Positions 16,977-27,306 of a stretch of DNA of 64,000 bases are shown in pieces (positions within the stretch are counted from its first letter, which is position 1; each line of letters starts with the position of its first letter). The notes below the pieces were generated by a model. That model did not search any database. It was given only the letters and a program-made list of their open reading frames with translations, and had not been told where the DNA came from. Both the position numbers and the translations under genes were made by a program. The DNA is from Candidatus Eiseniibacteriota bacterium (GTDB lineage Bacteria; Eisenbacteria; RBG-16-71-46; CAZEPH01), in contig JBGATO010000001.1 of the NCBI GenBank assembly GCA_044229145.1, positions 32,001-96,000 on the forward strand, given 5' to 3'.

Positions 16977-18448
16977 CACGCCTGCCCTCCGCGCGGCGCG
17001 CAAACCCGGACGCCTCGTGCCAGCTGCGCTTCGAGCGCCGCCGCGACGCGGAACGCCATCGTGTCGTCCCCGCGGCGCGCCATGATCTGCGTCCCGATTG
17101 GCAGGCCGTCGCGAGACTCCCCCGCCGGCACGCTGATCGCCGGCAGCCCGGCGAGATTCGCCGGGATCGTGTAGAGGTCGGTGAGATACATGGCGAGCGG
17201 ATCGCTGAGGCGCTCGCCGAGACGGAAGGCGGGGGTCGGCACCACCGGGAGCACCAGCGCGTCGACGCGCGCAAACGCTTCGTCGAAGTCGCGCCGAATC
17301 AAGGAGCGCACCTGCTGCGCCTTGGTGTAGTAAGCGTCGTAGTAGCCGGCGCTCAGGGCGAACGTGCCGAGCATGATGCGTCGCCGCACCTCGGCGCCGA
17401 ACTGCGCCCGCGTGGCACCGTACATTGCGCGCAATTCGTCGGCCGTGACCCGCGGGCCATAGCGCACGCCGTCGAAGCGCGCGAGGTTCGCCGAGGCTTC
17501 CGCGGTCGCCACGATGTAGTAGACGGCGACGCTGTGCGAGACGTGCGGCAATGTGATGTCGACGATCTCCATGCCGCTTTCCCGCAGCGCCGCGATCGAG
17601 CGCTCGAGCACCGCGCGCACGTCGTCATCGAGGCCATCGCCAAGAAGGTCGCGCGGCACACCGAGCCGCAGGCCGTACGGCGCGGCGTCGAGCGCCGCGA
17701 GATCGACCGCATGAGGCGCTGCCCACGACGTCGCATCGCGCTCGTCGTGTCCGCCGATGATGTTCGCGAGCAACGCCGCGTCACGCACGTCGCGGGTGAG
17801 CGGCCCGATCTGGTCCAGCGACGAGCCGAAGGCGACGAGCCCGAAGCGCGACACCCGGCCATAGGTCGGCTTGTAGCCGACCACGCCGCAAAACGATGCC
17901 GGCTCGCGCACCGAACCGCCGGTGTCGGAGCCGAGGGCGAGCGGCGCGGCGCCGCTCGCCACCGCGGCTGCCGAGCCGCCACTCGATCCCCCCGGCACGT
18001 GGTCCGGCGACCACGGGTTGCGCACCACACCATAGGCGCTGTTCTCGTTGGACGAGCCCATCGCGAATTCGTCCATGTTCGTCTTGCCGAGCAACGGCAA
18101 GCCGGCGTGGCGCAGCCGGGTCACCACGGTGGCGTCGTACGGCGGCACGTACCCGCGCAGCATGCGCGACCCGCAGGTGGTTTCGATACCCTGCGTGACG
18201 ATGTTGTCCTTGAGCGCCACCGGGACACCGGCGAGCGGGCCAAGGGTCTCGCCGCGCGCCCGCGCCGCATCGACGGCGCGCGCGGCGTCGAGACAGGCCT
18301 CGCCGGTCAGCTGCAGGAAGGCGCCGGTCGCGGCGTTGTGCGCCGCCGCGGTGTCGAGCGCCTGTCGTGCCACCGCGTCGGCCGTCACGTCCCCCGCGGC
18401 GATGTGGCGCGCCACCGCATGCGCCGGCAACTGCGTGAGATCCATCAT
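16976..18448 (-). CDS. gatA: Asp/Glu-tRNA amidotransferase subunit A
   Basis: KDNI, GKTNMDEFAMGSS, PGGSSGGS, GSDTGGS, RFDGVRYG. Confidence 0.97.
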   Translation of the reverse strand: MMDLTQLPAHAVARHIAAGDVTADAVARQALDTAAAHNAATGAFLQLTGEACLDAARAVDAARARGETLGPLAGVPVALKDNIVTQGIETTCGSRMLRGYVPPYDATVVTRLRHAGLPLLGKTNMDEFAMGSSNENSAYGVVRNPWSPDHVPGGSSGGSAAAVASGAAPLALGSDTGGSVREPASFCGVVGYKPTYGRVSRFGLVAFGSSLDQIGPLTRDVRDAALLANIIGGHDERDATSWAAPHAVDLAALDAAPYGLRLGVPRDLLGDGLDDDVRAVLERSIAALRESGMEIVDITLPHVSHSVAVYYIVATAEASANLARFDGVRYGPRVTADELRAMYGATRAQFGAEVRRRIMLGTFALSAGYYDAYYTKAQQVRSLIRRDFDEAFARVDALVLPVVPTPAFRLGERLSDPLAMYLTDLYTIPANLAGLPAISVPAGESRDGLPIGTQIMARRGDDTMAFRVAAALEAQLARGVRVCAPRGGQA

Positions 18449-18470
18449 TCTCCTCTCGCGCTCCGGGTGC

Positions 18471-18761
18471 CTACACGACCCGCGGGACGCGGAACACACC
18501 CGTCGTCGCGTCGGCATCGGGCGCCGCGGCGAGCACCGCGTCGCGCGACAGCGGAGGCCGCACGACATCGTCGGCCAGCACGTCGTGGTCGCCGGGCGCG
18601 TGCAATGCCGGCCCGACGCCGGTGGTGTCCACCGCCTGCAACGACTCGATGTGCGTCAAGATGTGATTCAGTTCGGCGGCGAGATGGGTTTCCTCGTCCG
18701 CTGTCAGCTGCAGGTGCGCGAGCGTCGCGACGCGGCGCACGGTGTCGAGATCGAGTGCCAT
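18471..18761 (-). CDS. gatC: Asp/Glu-tRNA amidotransferase subunit C
   Basis: VRRVATLAHL...VDT...FRVPRVV; first gene of gatCAB. Confidence 0.93.
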   Translation of the reverse strand: MALDLDTVRRVATLAHLQLTADEETHLAAELNHILTHIESLQAVDTTGVGPALHAPGDHDVLADDVVRPPLSRDAVLAAAPDADATTGVFRVPRVV

Positions 18762-18776
18762 CGCTCCTCCGGGAGT

Positions 18777-21155
18777 CTAGTCGGTCGCGCGGCGCACGAA
18801 GCGCGCCATCACCTTCTTGCGTCCGACCTGCGCGAACTGGATCGAGAGCCGCGTGTCGCCACCGGCGTCTTCGCGCCCGACGACTACACCGCGCCCGAAT
18901 GTCTTGTGCTCGACCGCCTCGCCGACACGCGGCGCGCCACTATCCTCGACGACCTCGCCACTGTCGACGCCATCCTCGTAGATCAGCACGCGGCCGTCGT
19001 CGCGCCGTTCGATGCGCGGGCGCGGCGTCTCGGGTGCGTCCCAGCCGGGCGCATTCCAGCGCGTGGCGTGCCGGCGCATGCCGAGGTCGCGCGTCTCGAG
19101 CAACGACTCCGGCAGGTCCTCGACGAAACGTGACAGTCGACACGGCATGCGGCGGTCGAATCGCCGCCGCTCGCCGGCCGCGAGCAGATACACGACGCGT
19201 TCGGCGCGCGTCACGGCGACGTAGAACAATCGCCGCTCCTCCTCCATCTCGCGCGGGTCATCCAATGCCGTAATGTGCGGGAACAACCCTTCTTCCACGC
19301 CGGTGACGATGACGGCGGGATATTCGAGGCCCTTGGCGGTGTGGACCGTCATCATGACGACACGGTCTTCCTCGCCGGCCAGCGAATCGGCATGCGACAT
19401 CAGGGTCGCTTCGGCCAGAAACCCTTCGAGCGTCGGGTCGCCGGTTTCTTCCATCGAGTGCGCGGCGGCGGCCACCAATTCCTCGACGTTTTCGAGGCGC
19501 GCGACGGCTTCCTCGCCCTCGGCGGTGAGAGCCGTGAGATAGCCGCTGCGGTCGAGCACGAATCGCACGAGATCGGGCACCGCGCGATCCAGCATGCCGC
19601 GCATCTCGGCGATCATCGCGCCGAATTTCATCAGTTTGCCGGCACCAGTGCCGAGCGCCGCCGGCATGTCCGGGTGCCCGAGCGCCTCCAGCATCGAGAG
19701 GCCACGGCTCGCGGCGAACTGCCGCACACGGTCCACCGACGTGTCGCCGATCCCGCGTTTCGGGGTGTTGACGGCACGCGCGAAGGCAACGTCGTCGCGT
19801 GGATTGACGAGCAGGCGCAAGTACGCCAGCACGTCCTTGACTTCGCGCCGCTCGTAGAACGCGACGCCGCCGACCAGCTGATACGGAATCGCGGCGCGCC
19901 GCAGGCCGTCTTCCACCGCACGGCTCTGCGCGTGCGTCCGGTACAGCACGAGGATCTGGCCGCGCCGCAATGCGTGCCGCTCGGTGATCTCCTCGACGAG
20001 ATCGGCCACCAAATGACCTTCGGTTTCCTCGTCGGTGGTAAGCAGGAGGTGCACCGGTTCGCCCTGCGCGTTGGTGGTCCACAGCTTCTTGTCGCGGCGC
20101 GACTCGATGCGCGCCACCACCGCGTGCGCGACGTCGAGAATGCGCTGCGTCGAGCGATAGTTCTGCTCCAGACGCAGCACCGTCGCGTCGGGGTAGGTCT
20201 CCTCGAACGACAGGATGTTGGTGATGTCGGCGCCGCGCCAGGAATAGATCGCCTGATCGTCGTCGCCCACCACCGCCAGGTTGCGATGGCCCGAGGCCAG
20301 CGCCGTGATGAGCTGGTACTGCGCGCGGTTGGTATCCTGATATTCGTCGACCAGGACGTGCAGGAAGCGCCGCGCGTAGCGCTCGCGCACCTCCGGCGCG
20401 CGGCGAAACAATTCCAGCGTCTCGAGGATGATGTCGTCGAAGTCCAGCGCGCCGGCGTCGTGCAACCGTGTCTGGTAGGCGCGGTAGGCGCGCGCGACGC
20501 CTTGCGCGAACGGCGTGTACGACGTCTCGGCGTACTCGTCGGCGGTGACCATGCGGTTCTTGGCGTCGGAGATCGCGCGCCCCACCGCGCCGGGACGGAA
20601 CTGGCCGTCCGGCAGCGCGAGATCGGCGATCACGCGGCGCAGCACGCTCTGCTGATCGTCGGTGTCATAGATGACGAAGCCGCGCGGGATGCCGATCGTC
20701 TCGCCATCTCGCCGCAGGATGCGCGTGCAGATGCGGTGGAAAGTCCCGATCCACAGATCTGCGGCGGCGGCGCCGAGGCGGCGCTCGATGCGCGCCTTCA
20801 TCTCGTTCGCGGCCTTGTTGGTGAAGGTGAAGGCGCAGATCTCCCACGGCCGCACGCCCTGCTCGTGGATCAGCCACGCGATGCGTTCGGTGAGCACGCG
20901 CGTCTTGCCGCTGCCGGCGCCGGCGAGGATCAGAAGCGGCGAGCCGAGGTGCGTGACGGCGCGTTCCTGCACGTCGTTGAGCGGAATGCGCGGTTCTGGT
21001 TCATGCAACGGCGGCGCGGCGGCGCGTTCCGGGACGTCCCACGGATCCGGCGGCAGGGCGCGCGGCGGTACGTCCGGCGCGGGCGACGGATCGGGCGGCG
21101 TGTCGTCCGCGGCACGCGCGAACAAGGGCAGGAACGAGGATGCATCGTGCGGCAT
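18777..21155 (-). CDS. uvrD: ATP-dependent DNA helicase UvrD/PcrA
   Basis: AGAGSGKT, TFTNKAA, VDEYQDTN, GDDDQAIY.WRGA, QNYRS, MTVHTAKGLE, EERRLFYVA; C-terminal Tudor-like segment. Confidence 0.96.
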   Translation of the reverse strand: MPHDASSFLPLFARAADDTPPDPSPAPDVPPRALPPDPWDVPERAAAPPLHEPEPRIPLNDVQERAVTHLGSPLLILAGAGSGKTRVLTERIAWLIHEQGVRPWEICAFTFTNKAANEMKARIERRLGAAAADLWIGTFHRICTRILRRDGETIGIPRGFVIYDTDDQQSVLRRVIADLALPDGQFRPGAVGRAISDAKNRMVTADEYAETSYTPFAQGVARAYRAYQTRLHDAGALDFDDIILETLELFRRAPEVRERYARRFLHVLVDEYQDTNRAQYQLITALASGHRNLAVVGDDDQAIYSWRGADITNILSFEETYPDATVLRLEQNYRSTQRILDVAHAVVARIESRRDKKLWTTNAQGEPVHLLLTTDEETEGHLVADLVEEITERHALRRGQILVLYRTHAQSRAVEDGLRRAAIPYQLVGGVAFYERREVKDVLAYLRLLVNPRDDVAFARAVNTPKRGIGDTSVDRVRQFAASRGLSMLEALGHPDMPAALGTGAGKLMKFGAMIAEMRGMLDRAVPDLVRFVLDRSGYLTALTAEGEEAVARLENVEELVAAAAHSMEETGDPTLEGFLAEATLMSHADSLAGEEDRVVMMTVHTAKGLEYPAVIVTGVEEGLFPHITALDDPREMEEERRLFYVAVTRAERVVYLLAAGERRRFDRRMPCRLSRFVEDLPESLLETRDLGMRRHATRWNAPGWDAPETPRPRIERRDDGRVLIYEDGVDSGEVVEDSGAPRVGEAVEHKTFGRGVVVGREDAGGDTRLSIQFAQVGRKKVMARFVRRATD

Positions 21156-21220
21156 GGCGCGCAGTGTAGCCGACGGCCCGGCGCGCCGCCAGAAGCCTGA
21201 CGGGCGCCGCGGGACCGCGC

Positions 21221-24200
21221 CTAGAACTCCTTGCGTGCCTTGAGGCCGACCCGCACCGCGCCGTTCTGCGTCGTGGTGCTGGACGTCGAGGTAGCGTCCT
21301 GTGACGTGCGCGTGTATTGCCCGTGCAGCAAGATGCGGTTGGTGAGCCAATACTCGATCGAGACGTCCGATTCCGAGGTCGACAAGCCTTGCTGGTAGTT
21401 GACGAACAACTCGTTTGCCAGGTACTTGCCCACCGAGATGCGCGATTGGCCGCTGGTGTAGTCGACGTCGAACACATCGAGCAGTCCGGTGTCGCGCAGC
21501 ACCGAGCGCTCGAGCTGGCGAATGAGCACGTTGGTGCCGACGTCGGTGACGTTTTGCGTGTACTGCGCGGCCGCGGACTTGCCGCTGGCGTCTTGCGAGA
21601 TGCTCGTCAGCTTACCGTAGCTCAGAGCCTTGACGATCTCCTCGCGCGACATACCGGGCGCTTCGAGGCCGACTTCCGGCGTCAATTGCTTGCCGCCGAG
21701 CGTGAGCTGGACGGTGCTCGGCTGCCGGTTCTTGTCACGGATCTTCGCCTCCGCCTTGATGGCGAGTGCCGGGTTGATCTCGCCCGCGCTGAACGTGACG
21801 GTGCCCTCCACGCCGGAGAAGCGTGTGTCGAAGAAGCGATAGTAACCGCGCGTCAGCTTCAGCGTGCCGACGATCGCCGGGATGCCAGCGTAGGTCAGCG
21901 AGGTCTGCACATCGACCTGCATCTCGATGTTGGCGTCGCGGTTGGCGAGCAGGATGTTGCGCTCGCCTGTGAGGTGCACGTCGAAGGTCATGGCCGGCGT
22001 TGGCACTTGGTAGACGCCGATGAGCGCCGGGTCGGTGCCGGTGTTCTGGTTGAATTCCCAGACGATGCGCGCATCGTCGACGTGCGCGGCGCCGATCAGT
22101 TTCGGCGTGAACATGGTGGGCGCGTCGGCGTCGCGGACCAAGTGGAGGATGCCGCTGACGTGGCCGTTGAACATGCCAGGCTGGCTGATCCAGAAGTTGC
22201 GCACGTCGGTGCGGAAGTCGTAGCGCGTCGGTTCGCCGCGCGCCCACGACATGCGGCCGGCCAGGCTCACGCGGCCTTCTCCCGCGTCGCCGCTCAGCGA
22301 CGTGATCTCGAGGCCGTGGCCGTTGATCGCGACATCGCCGGCGATGTGGCTGATGACTTCCTCGCGGCCGAAGCCGCGCAATTGTCCGTCGCGCACGTGC
22401 AGGGCACCGGTGGCGGTCGGCGCGTGCGGATCGCCGCGCAGCGCGACATTCCCCGACATCGTGCCGGCGGCATCGCCGAGCACTGGCACCAACGCCGGCA
22501 GCGCCGTCATGTCGAAGGCCGGGAGATCGGCGGCGATGTCGAGGCCCGCGGAGCCCACGGTGAGGCCGCGCGGGATATCGAGCCACGCCGGCACAACGCC
22601 GCGCAGCACCGCGCGCTCCCCGCTGCGGTGCACGACTACTGAGTCGAGCGTCACGCCTGCCGGCAGGGCCCCGCCGTTCTGCCAGCGGCCGTCGGCGATC
22701 AAGCTGTCGCTCACGAACTCGCGCGCGCTGAAGCCGGCTGCGCGCGCACGCCACGCGAGGTCTGGACGGGCCAGCGTGCCGCGCACCGTCATGTCCGCCA
22801 CCAACTGGCCGCCCACCGGCACGGTGAGCTGGCGCACGCCGCGCGTCCACGCGCCGAGATCCAGACGATTCGTCCACACGTGGGCATCGCAGCTGACCGC
22901 GTGCAACGCACTCCACTGCTGCGCCATCAACGACTCCGGCACGCCGGGCGCGTACGAGAAGACGCCGGCGGCGCGCAGGTCGCCGCCGTCGCCGGCACGC
23001 AGCCACAGCGAGTCGAGGCGCGCGACGCGCCCCGCGATGTCGCACCACAGGCTGCCTTCGGTGACCGCGATATCGGCGGAGGCCGAGTCGGTGTGCGCGC
23101 TGAGATGCACCCGCGCGTCCGGGTTCGCGGTGGCGCCGGCAAGCCTGATCTCGCCGCCGAGCCGGCCGCGCCAGTACGGGCTGTCACCGTCGCGGCGCGG
23201 CGTTGCCACCGGCACGTCGGTGAGCACAAAGCTGCCGTGCACGCGATCCGCCGGACCGAAGACGAGTTCAGCCGCGCGAAGCTCGCCGCCGCGCGCCGCG
23301 ACCACACGCCACGGCAAGAAGCTCGTGATGCCCCCGCGCGTCACGAAGCGCAGCGGCGCATCCGCCACCTGCCACGTCTCACCCGCGAGCACGACGCGCG
23401 CGGTGTCGATGTCGACGGTCGTAATCCCGCCGTCGGCGTGCGCGCGGCCGGTGATCAGCGTATCGGCGTGCACACCGTGCACGCGGAACGCGGCGTCGGC
23501 GATGGTGCCCACCGTCTGCAACGTCGCGCTCGCGAACGGTGCATGCTGGCCGGCGAACATCACGCCGCTGGCATCCACGGTCATGTGCACGCGTGTGGGT
23601 CCCCCGCCGAACTCGGCGACGAACTCGCCGATGCGCGCGGTCTCGCCCTGCATGTCGAGGAACCGCGCGCCGCGCAGAGTGCCACTGGCGCTCAGCGACG
23701 ACGTGGCGAGCGGGCCGGTCGCACGTCCGCTCGCCGTGCCGGAGCCCCCAAGCGGCCCGGGAATGCCGAAGCACGCGGCGAACGCGCCGAGATCCCCGAT
23801 GGTCGCCGTGTACGGCAAGTCGAGCACCGTGCCACGCACCACCACGGAGCCGCTCGCCTCCACCCGGGCGCCGGGGAACTGCAGCGCGAGGCCGGCGACG
23901 CGCACCACGCCGGAATCGAGCGTCGCGGTGCCGCTCAGGCCAAGCAGACGGCGCCCTTCGATCTCCGTCGCGCCGGCGCGAAACGCGGTGGTGAACGGCC
24001 CGCTCCAGTTTCCGTCGAAGGTCGCATCGACACCGCCGGCGCGCAGCTTCGGCAGAGTGACGCGACGCGCGATCGCTTGCGGCAGCGACGGCGTGTCGAG
24101 ATCCCCCCGCACGTGCAACGTGGCGCGCCGGCGCCGCGGGTCGATCTCGCCGGTGAGCGCGGCGACGCGCGTCGCGCCGGTGAGCCGCGCGCTCGCCTGG

Positions 24201-25233
24201 TCGACGCGCCACACGCGCGCGCGCCGCGCGTGGCATTGAGACGCAACGAATCCGCGCGCGCGTCCTCGAACCGGATGCCGCCGCGCGCCGCGACGCGCTG
24301 CTGTTCGCCGCGGCGCACCAGTGTGAGATCGCCGCGCCAGCCGGCATCCGGCAAGCGCCGCGCCGCGAGCACGCCGAGCGCCGCCAGCGAGTCGATCGCG
24401 CCGGCGACGCGCACGCTGTCCGCGCGGCCCGGCGTCGCGACGACGCCGCTGGCGTCCAGCGTCAGGTGCGGGCCGGCGATCCGCAGCACGTCGATCTGCC
24501 GCACCGCGCCGACCCACGCGGTTGCCTCGGCACGGTAGCGGCCGCCGCCCGGACATCGCGCGCGGAGGCTGTCGACGCGTAGCCATTCCCCGCGCCCCGC
24601 GCCACGCACCGCGAACACCGCCTGCCGGGCCGATGGGGCGCCGGCCCGCTGGTTGTCGTAGTGCAGGCCGGCCGACAGGTCGTCCGCGAACCAGACCGGA
24701 TGCGCGTCCGCGTGTCGGAACGTGAGGGTGCCGTGCCGCGCCACGACGTCGGCGCGCAGCGGTTTCGGCGGGCCCGCGTTCGCCGGACGCGGCGTGCCCC
24801 CGAAATGCGGCGTGCGCCACTTCCCGGTCGAGTCTTGCCACACCGTCACCGCGAGCGAATCCGCGTCGATGGCAAGCCGCGTCTCGCCCCACAGGAACAG
24901 CCCGCCGACCGTCACCGACACCTGCGAGCTGTGCGCCGCCGGACGCCAGACGCCATCGACACGATAGTCGAGCCGGACGTCGCCCACAGTCAGCCGCGGG
25001 CCGCGCAACGCGAGCACCTTCCCGACGCGCAGCCGCGTGTCCCCGCTCTGAATGACGCGCTGGGTCAGTGCCTGACTGACCTGTTCGGCGCCGCGCTTCG
25101 AAGTGAGCCACGCGTAGCCCGGCAGCGCCAGCAGCACGAACGCGAACATGACGCACGCCAGCACCACCAGCACCCAGCTGCGGCGGCGGCGCGGACGCGG
25201 CGGAGGGGCAGCGGTGGCCGGCGGCGTGTTCAT
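21221..25233 (-). pseudogene. tamB: Translocation/assembly module TamB (AsmA-like), split by a 2-nt frameshift near 24214-24224
   Basis: N-terminal TM anchor frame starts at ATG 25233, coupled to the tamA stop; the C-terminal frame carries a DUF490-like end (VGKYL...LFVNY...IEY.L); the frames join at a (CG)5 tract. May be an assembly error. Confidence 0.75.
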
Positions 25234-27254
25234 CAGAACGACGGCCCGATGGCGAACTGCAGACGATCGCGCGCGCGATCTTGCGTGCTGACCGCGAGTT
25301 CGGCCGGAATCCCGATCTTGCGCGCATAGTCGAACCGCACCGGCCCGACCGGCGTCGCGATGCGCAAGCCGGCGCCCGCGGAGTATTTCATGTCGTAGTT
25401 CTCGAGTCGGCTGGTGGTCGGCAACAGGCGCCCGAGCAAGATGTCGGAGGCGAACGGCCACACGTTTCCGCCGTCGACATAGAAGGCGACGCCGAAGCGC
25501 GCCGATAGCGTGACGCGCAGTTCGACGTTGAGCAGCAGTTCGGCGAGCCCGCCAGTCTTGTACTGCCCGAAGCTGGTGTCGACGGTGGCGGAGGTGCACG
25601 GGAACTTCGGGTCGCGCGGATTATTGGCGCCGATGATCTGCTCGGCGTAGCCGCGCACGGTCGTGGCGCCGCCGAGCACGAAACGCGACGGCTCATCCAC
25701 CTTGGCGAGATCGGCACGGTCGAGGGGGCCGAGGCCGCAGGTGTCGGGGAATACGTCGGCGCCGAGCGGCGCGATGGCGCCGCCGCGCACGCGCACGCCG
25801 AGCACCACGCGGCGCTTCAGCTGGGTGAACCAGCTCTGTTCGAGCACGCCCTTCATGAAATTCGTTTTTCCACCGAGACCGGAATACGCGATCGAAGCGT
25901 GGACGGCGGTGCCCCGAGTCGGGGTGAAGATCTGATCGCGATAGTCCCCGTCGAATGCCATGTCCAGGCTGCGGTTCTGCGACGCGTGCGCATCGACGAC
26001 GCTCAGATCGTCGTATTGCCACAGCCACTCGTTGCTGAAATTGGACGTGAGGCGCGTTTGGCGTGCCAGCTGGCGCACCAGTTCGAGCCGGGCGCCGGCC
26101 TTCGTGGTGCGCTGCGCTTGATTCGTGATCGTGCGCGTGTAGCCATAATACGGCACCACCGATGCCTGCGTGCGCGGCAGCACGAACCACGGCTCGGTCC
26201 ACGCCAGCTTGACGCTCGAGCTCCGCACCAAGTAACCGCTGCGCCGGAGAATCGAGGTGCCCGAGAGCCCGACTTCCGCGACGCTCTCCCACCGCCGCTG
26301 CAATCCGCCGACGTTGCGTGAGCCCGCCGAGGCGGTGCCAACGATCGCGCCCGTCGCGTCGTAATCGAGACCGCCCTCGACGTAGCGCGACGGGCGTTCG
26401 GTGACCGACACCAAGACGTTCACGCGGTGCGTCGAGTCGGTCTGCGCTTCGCCCGGCAGGGCGAACGTGACGCTGGAGAACAGCTCGGTGGCGTACAACC
26501 GGCGCTCGTATTCGGCGAGCTGCGACGAGCGGAACAGATCGCCGGGCGCGAACGGCGCATTGCGCACGATGACGCGCGGCTTGGTGCGCAGCGTATCGAG
26601 ACTATCGACGACGGTGGCGACACCGAAGCGCGCGCGCGCATGTTCGTCGACGAAGAACGTGACCTCGCGCGGGATTTCCTGATCCGCCTCGACCTGCGCC
26701 CAGGGAAAGCCGTGCTCGTAATACCAGTTCTTGATCGTCTCGCGGTCGACCTTGACCATGAGGTCGGTGAAGGGCTTGCCTTCCTGCAGCACCAGCTGTT
26801 CGCGCAGGACGTCGGGCGGCGTCGCGCGCACGCCCAGGAAATGCAGCCCTTCCAGCGTCTCGCGCTCGCCTTCGTCGATGCGGATGAGGATATCGACGAG
26901 CGGCGGATCGGTGCGAGGCCGCACCCACGCGCTGTCCTGCACCACGACCGCCGGGAAACCGTGCTGGATGTAGAAACTGCGCAGAGCCTGGACGTCGGCG
27001 CGCAGGAAGTCGCGGTAGAACTCGTGACGGCGCGGCACCACCAGGAACGCGTGTGTCGGCCGCAGGCGCATCAATGAGCCGAGGAAGCCGGGCGCGAAAC
27101 TCGTGGCGCCCTCGATCCGCACGGACGCTACCTTGGCGCCGGCGGGAATCCGTTGCGCCGCGCCCGCCGGAGCCGCGCACAGCACCGCCAACGCGCACGC
27201 GACGAGGAGCCTCCGCCTCCACGCCGCATGCCCTCGATGCGTGGGTGGTCGCAG
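25233..27254 (-). CDS. Omp85 family protein BamA/TamA (three POTRA-like domains plus barrel)
   Basis: POTRA patterns (Y.QHGF, YYEHGF, LYATELFSSV), F.LGG..TVRGY, GAGLR..TPVGPVRFDYA, C-terminal F; start CTG 27254 (SD-supported) or TTG 27191. Confidence 0.9.
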   Translation of the reverse strand: MRPPTHRGHAAWRRRLLVACALAVLCAAPAGAAQRIPAGAKVASVRIEGATSFAPGFLGSLMRLRPTHAFLVVPRRHEFYRDFLRADVQALRSFYIQHGFPAVVVQDSAWVRPRTDPPLVDILIRIDEGERETLEGLHFLGVRATPPDVLREQLVLQEGKPFTDLMVKVDRETIKNWYYEHGFPWAQVEADQEIPREVTFFVDEHARARFGVATVVDSLDTLRTKPRVIVRNAPFAPGDLFRSSQLAEYERRLYATELFSSVTFALPGEAQTDSTHRVNVLVSVTERPSRYVEGGLDYDATGAIVGTASAGSRNVGGLQRRWESVAEVGLSGTSILRRSGYLVRSSSVKLAWTEPWFVLPRTQASVVPYYGYTRTITNQAQRTTKAGARLELVRQLARQTRLTSNFSNEWLWQYDDLSVVDAHASQNRSLDMAFDGDYRDQIFTPTRGTAVHASIAYSGLGGKTNFMKGVLEQSWFTQLKRRVVLGVRVRGGAIAPLGADVFPDTCGLGPLDRADLAKVDEPSRFVLGGATTVRGYAEQIIGANNPRDPKFPCTSATVDTSFGQYKTGGLAELLLNVELRVTLSARFGVAFYVDGGNVWPFASDILLGRLLPTTSRLENYDMKYSAGAGLRIATPVGPVRFDYARKIGIPAELAVSTQDRARDRLQFAIGPSF

Positions 27255-27306
27255 GGCAGTGGCCTCCGTTCCGTGAGTCCGGCGCGGCGGCGCCGGGACG
27301 CGCCGC

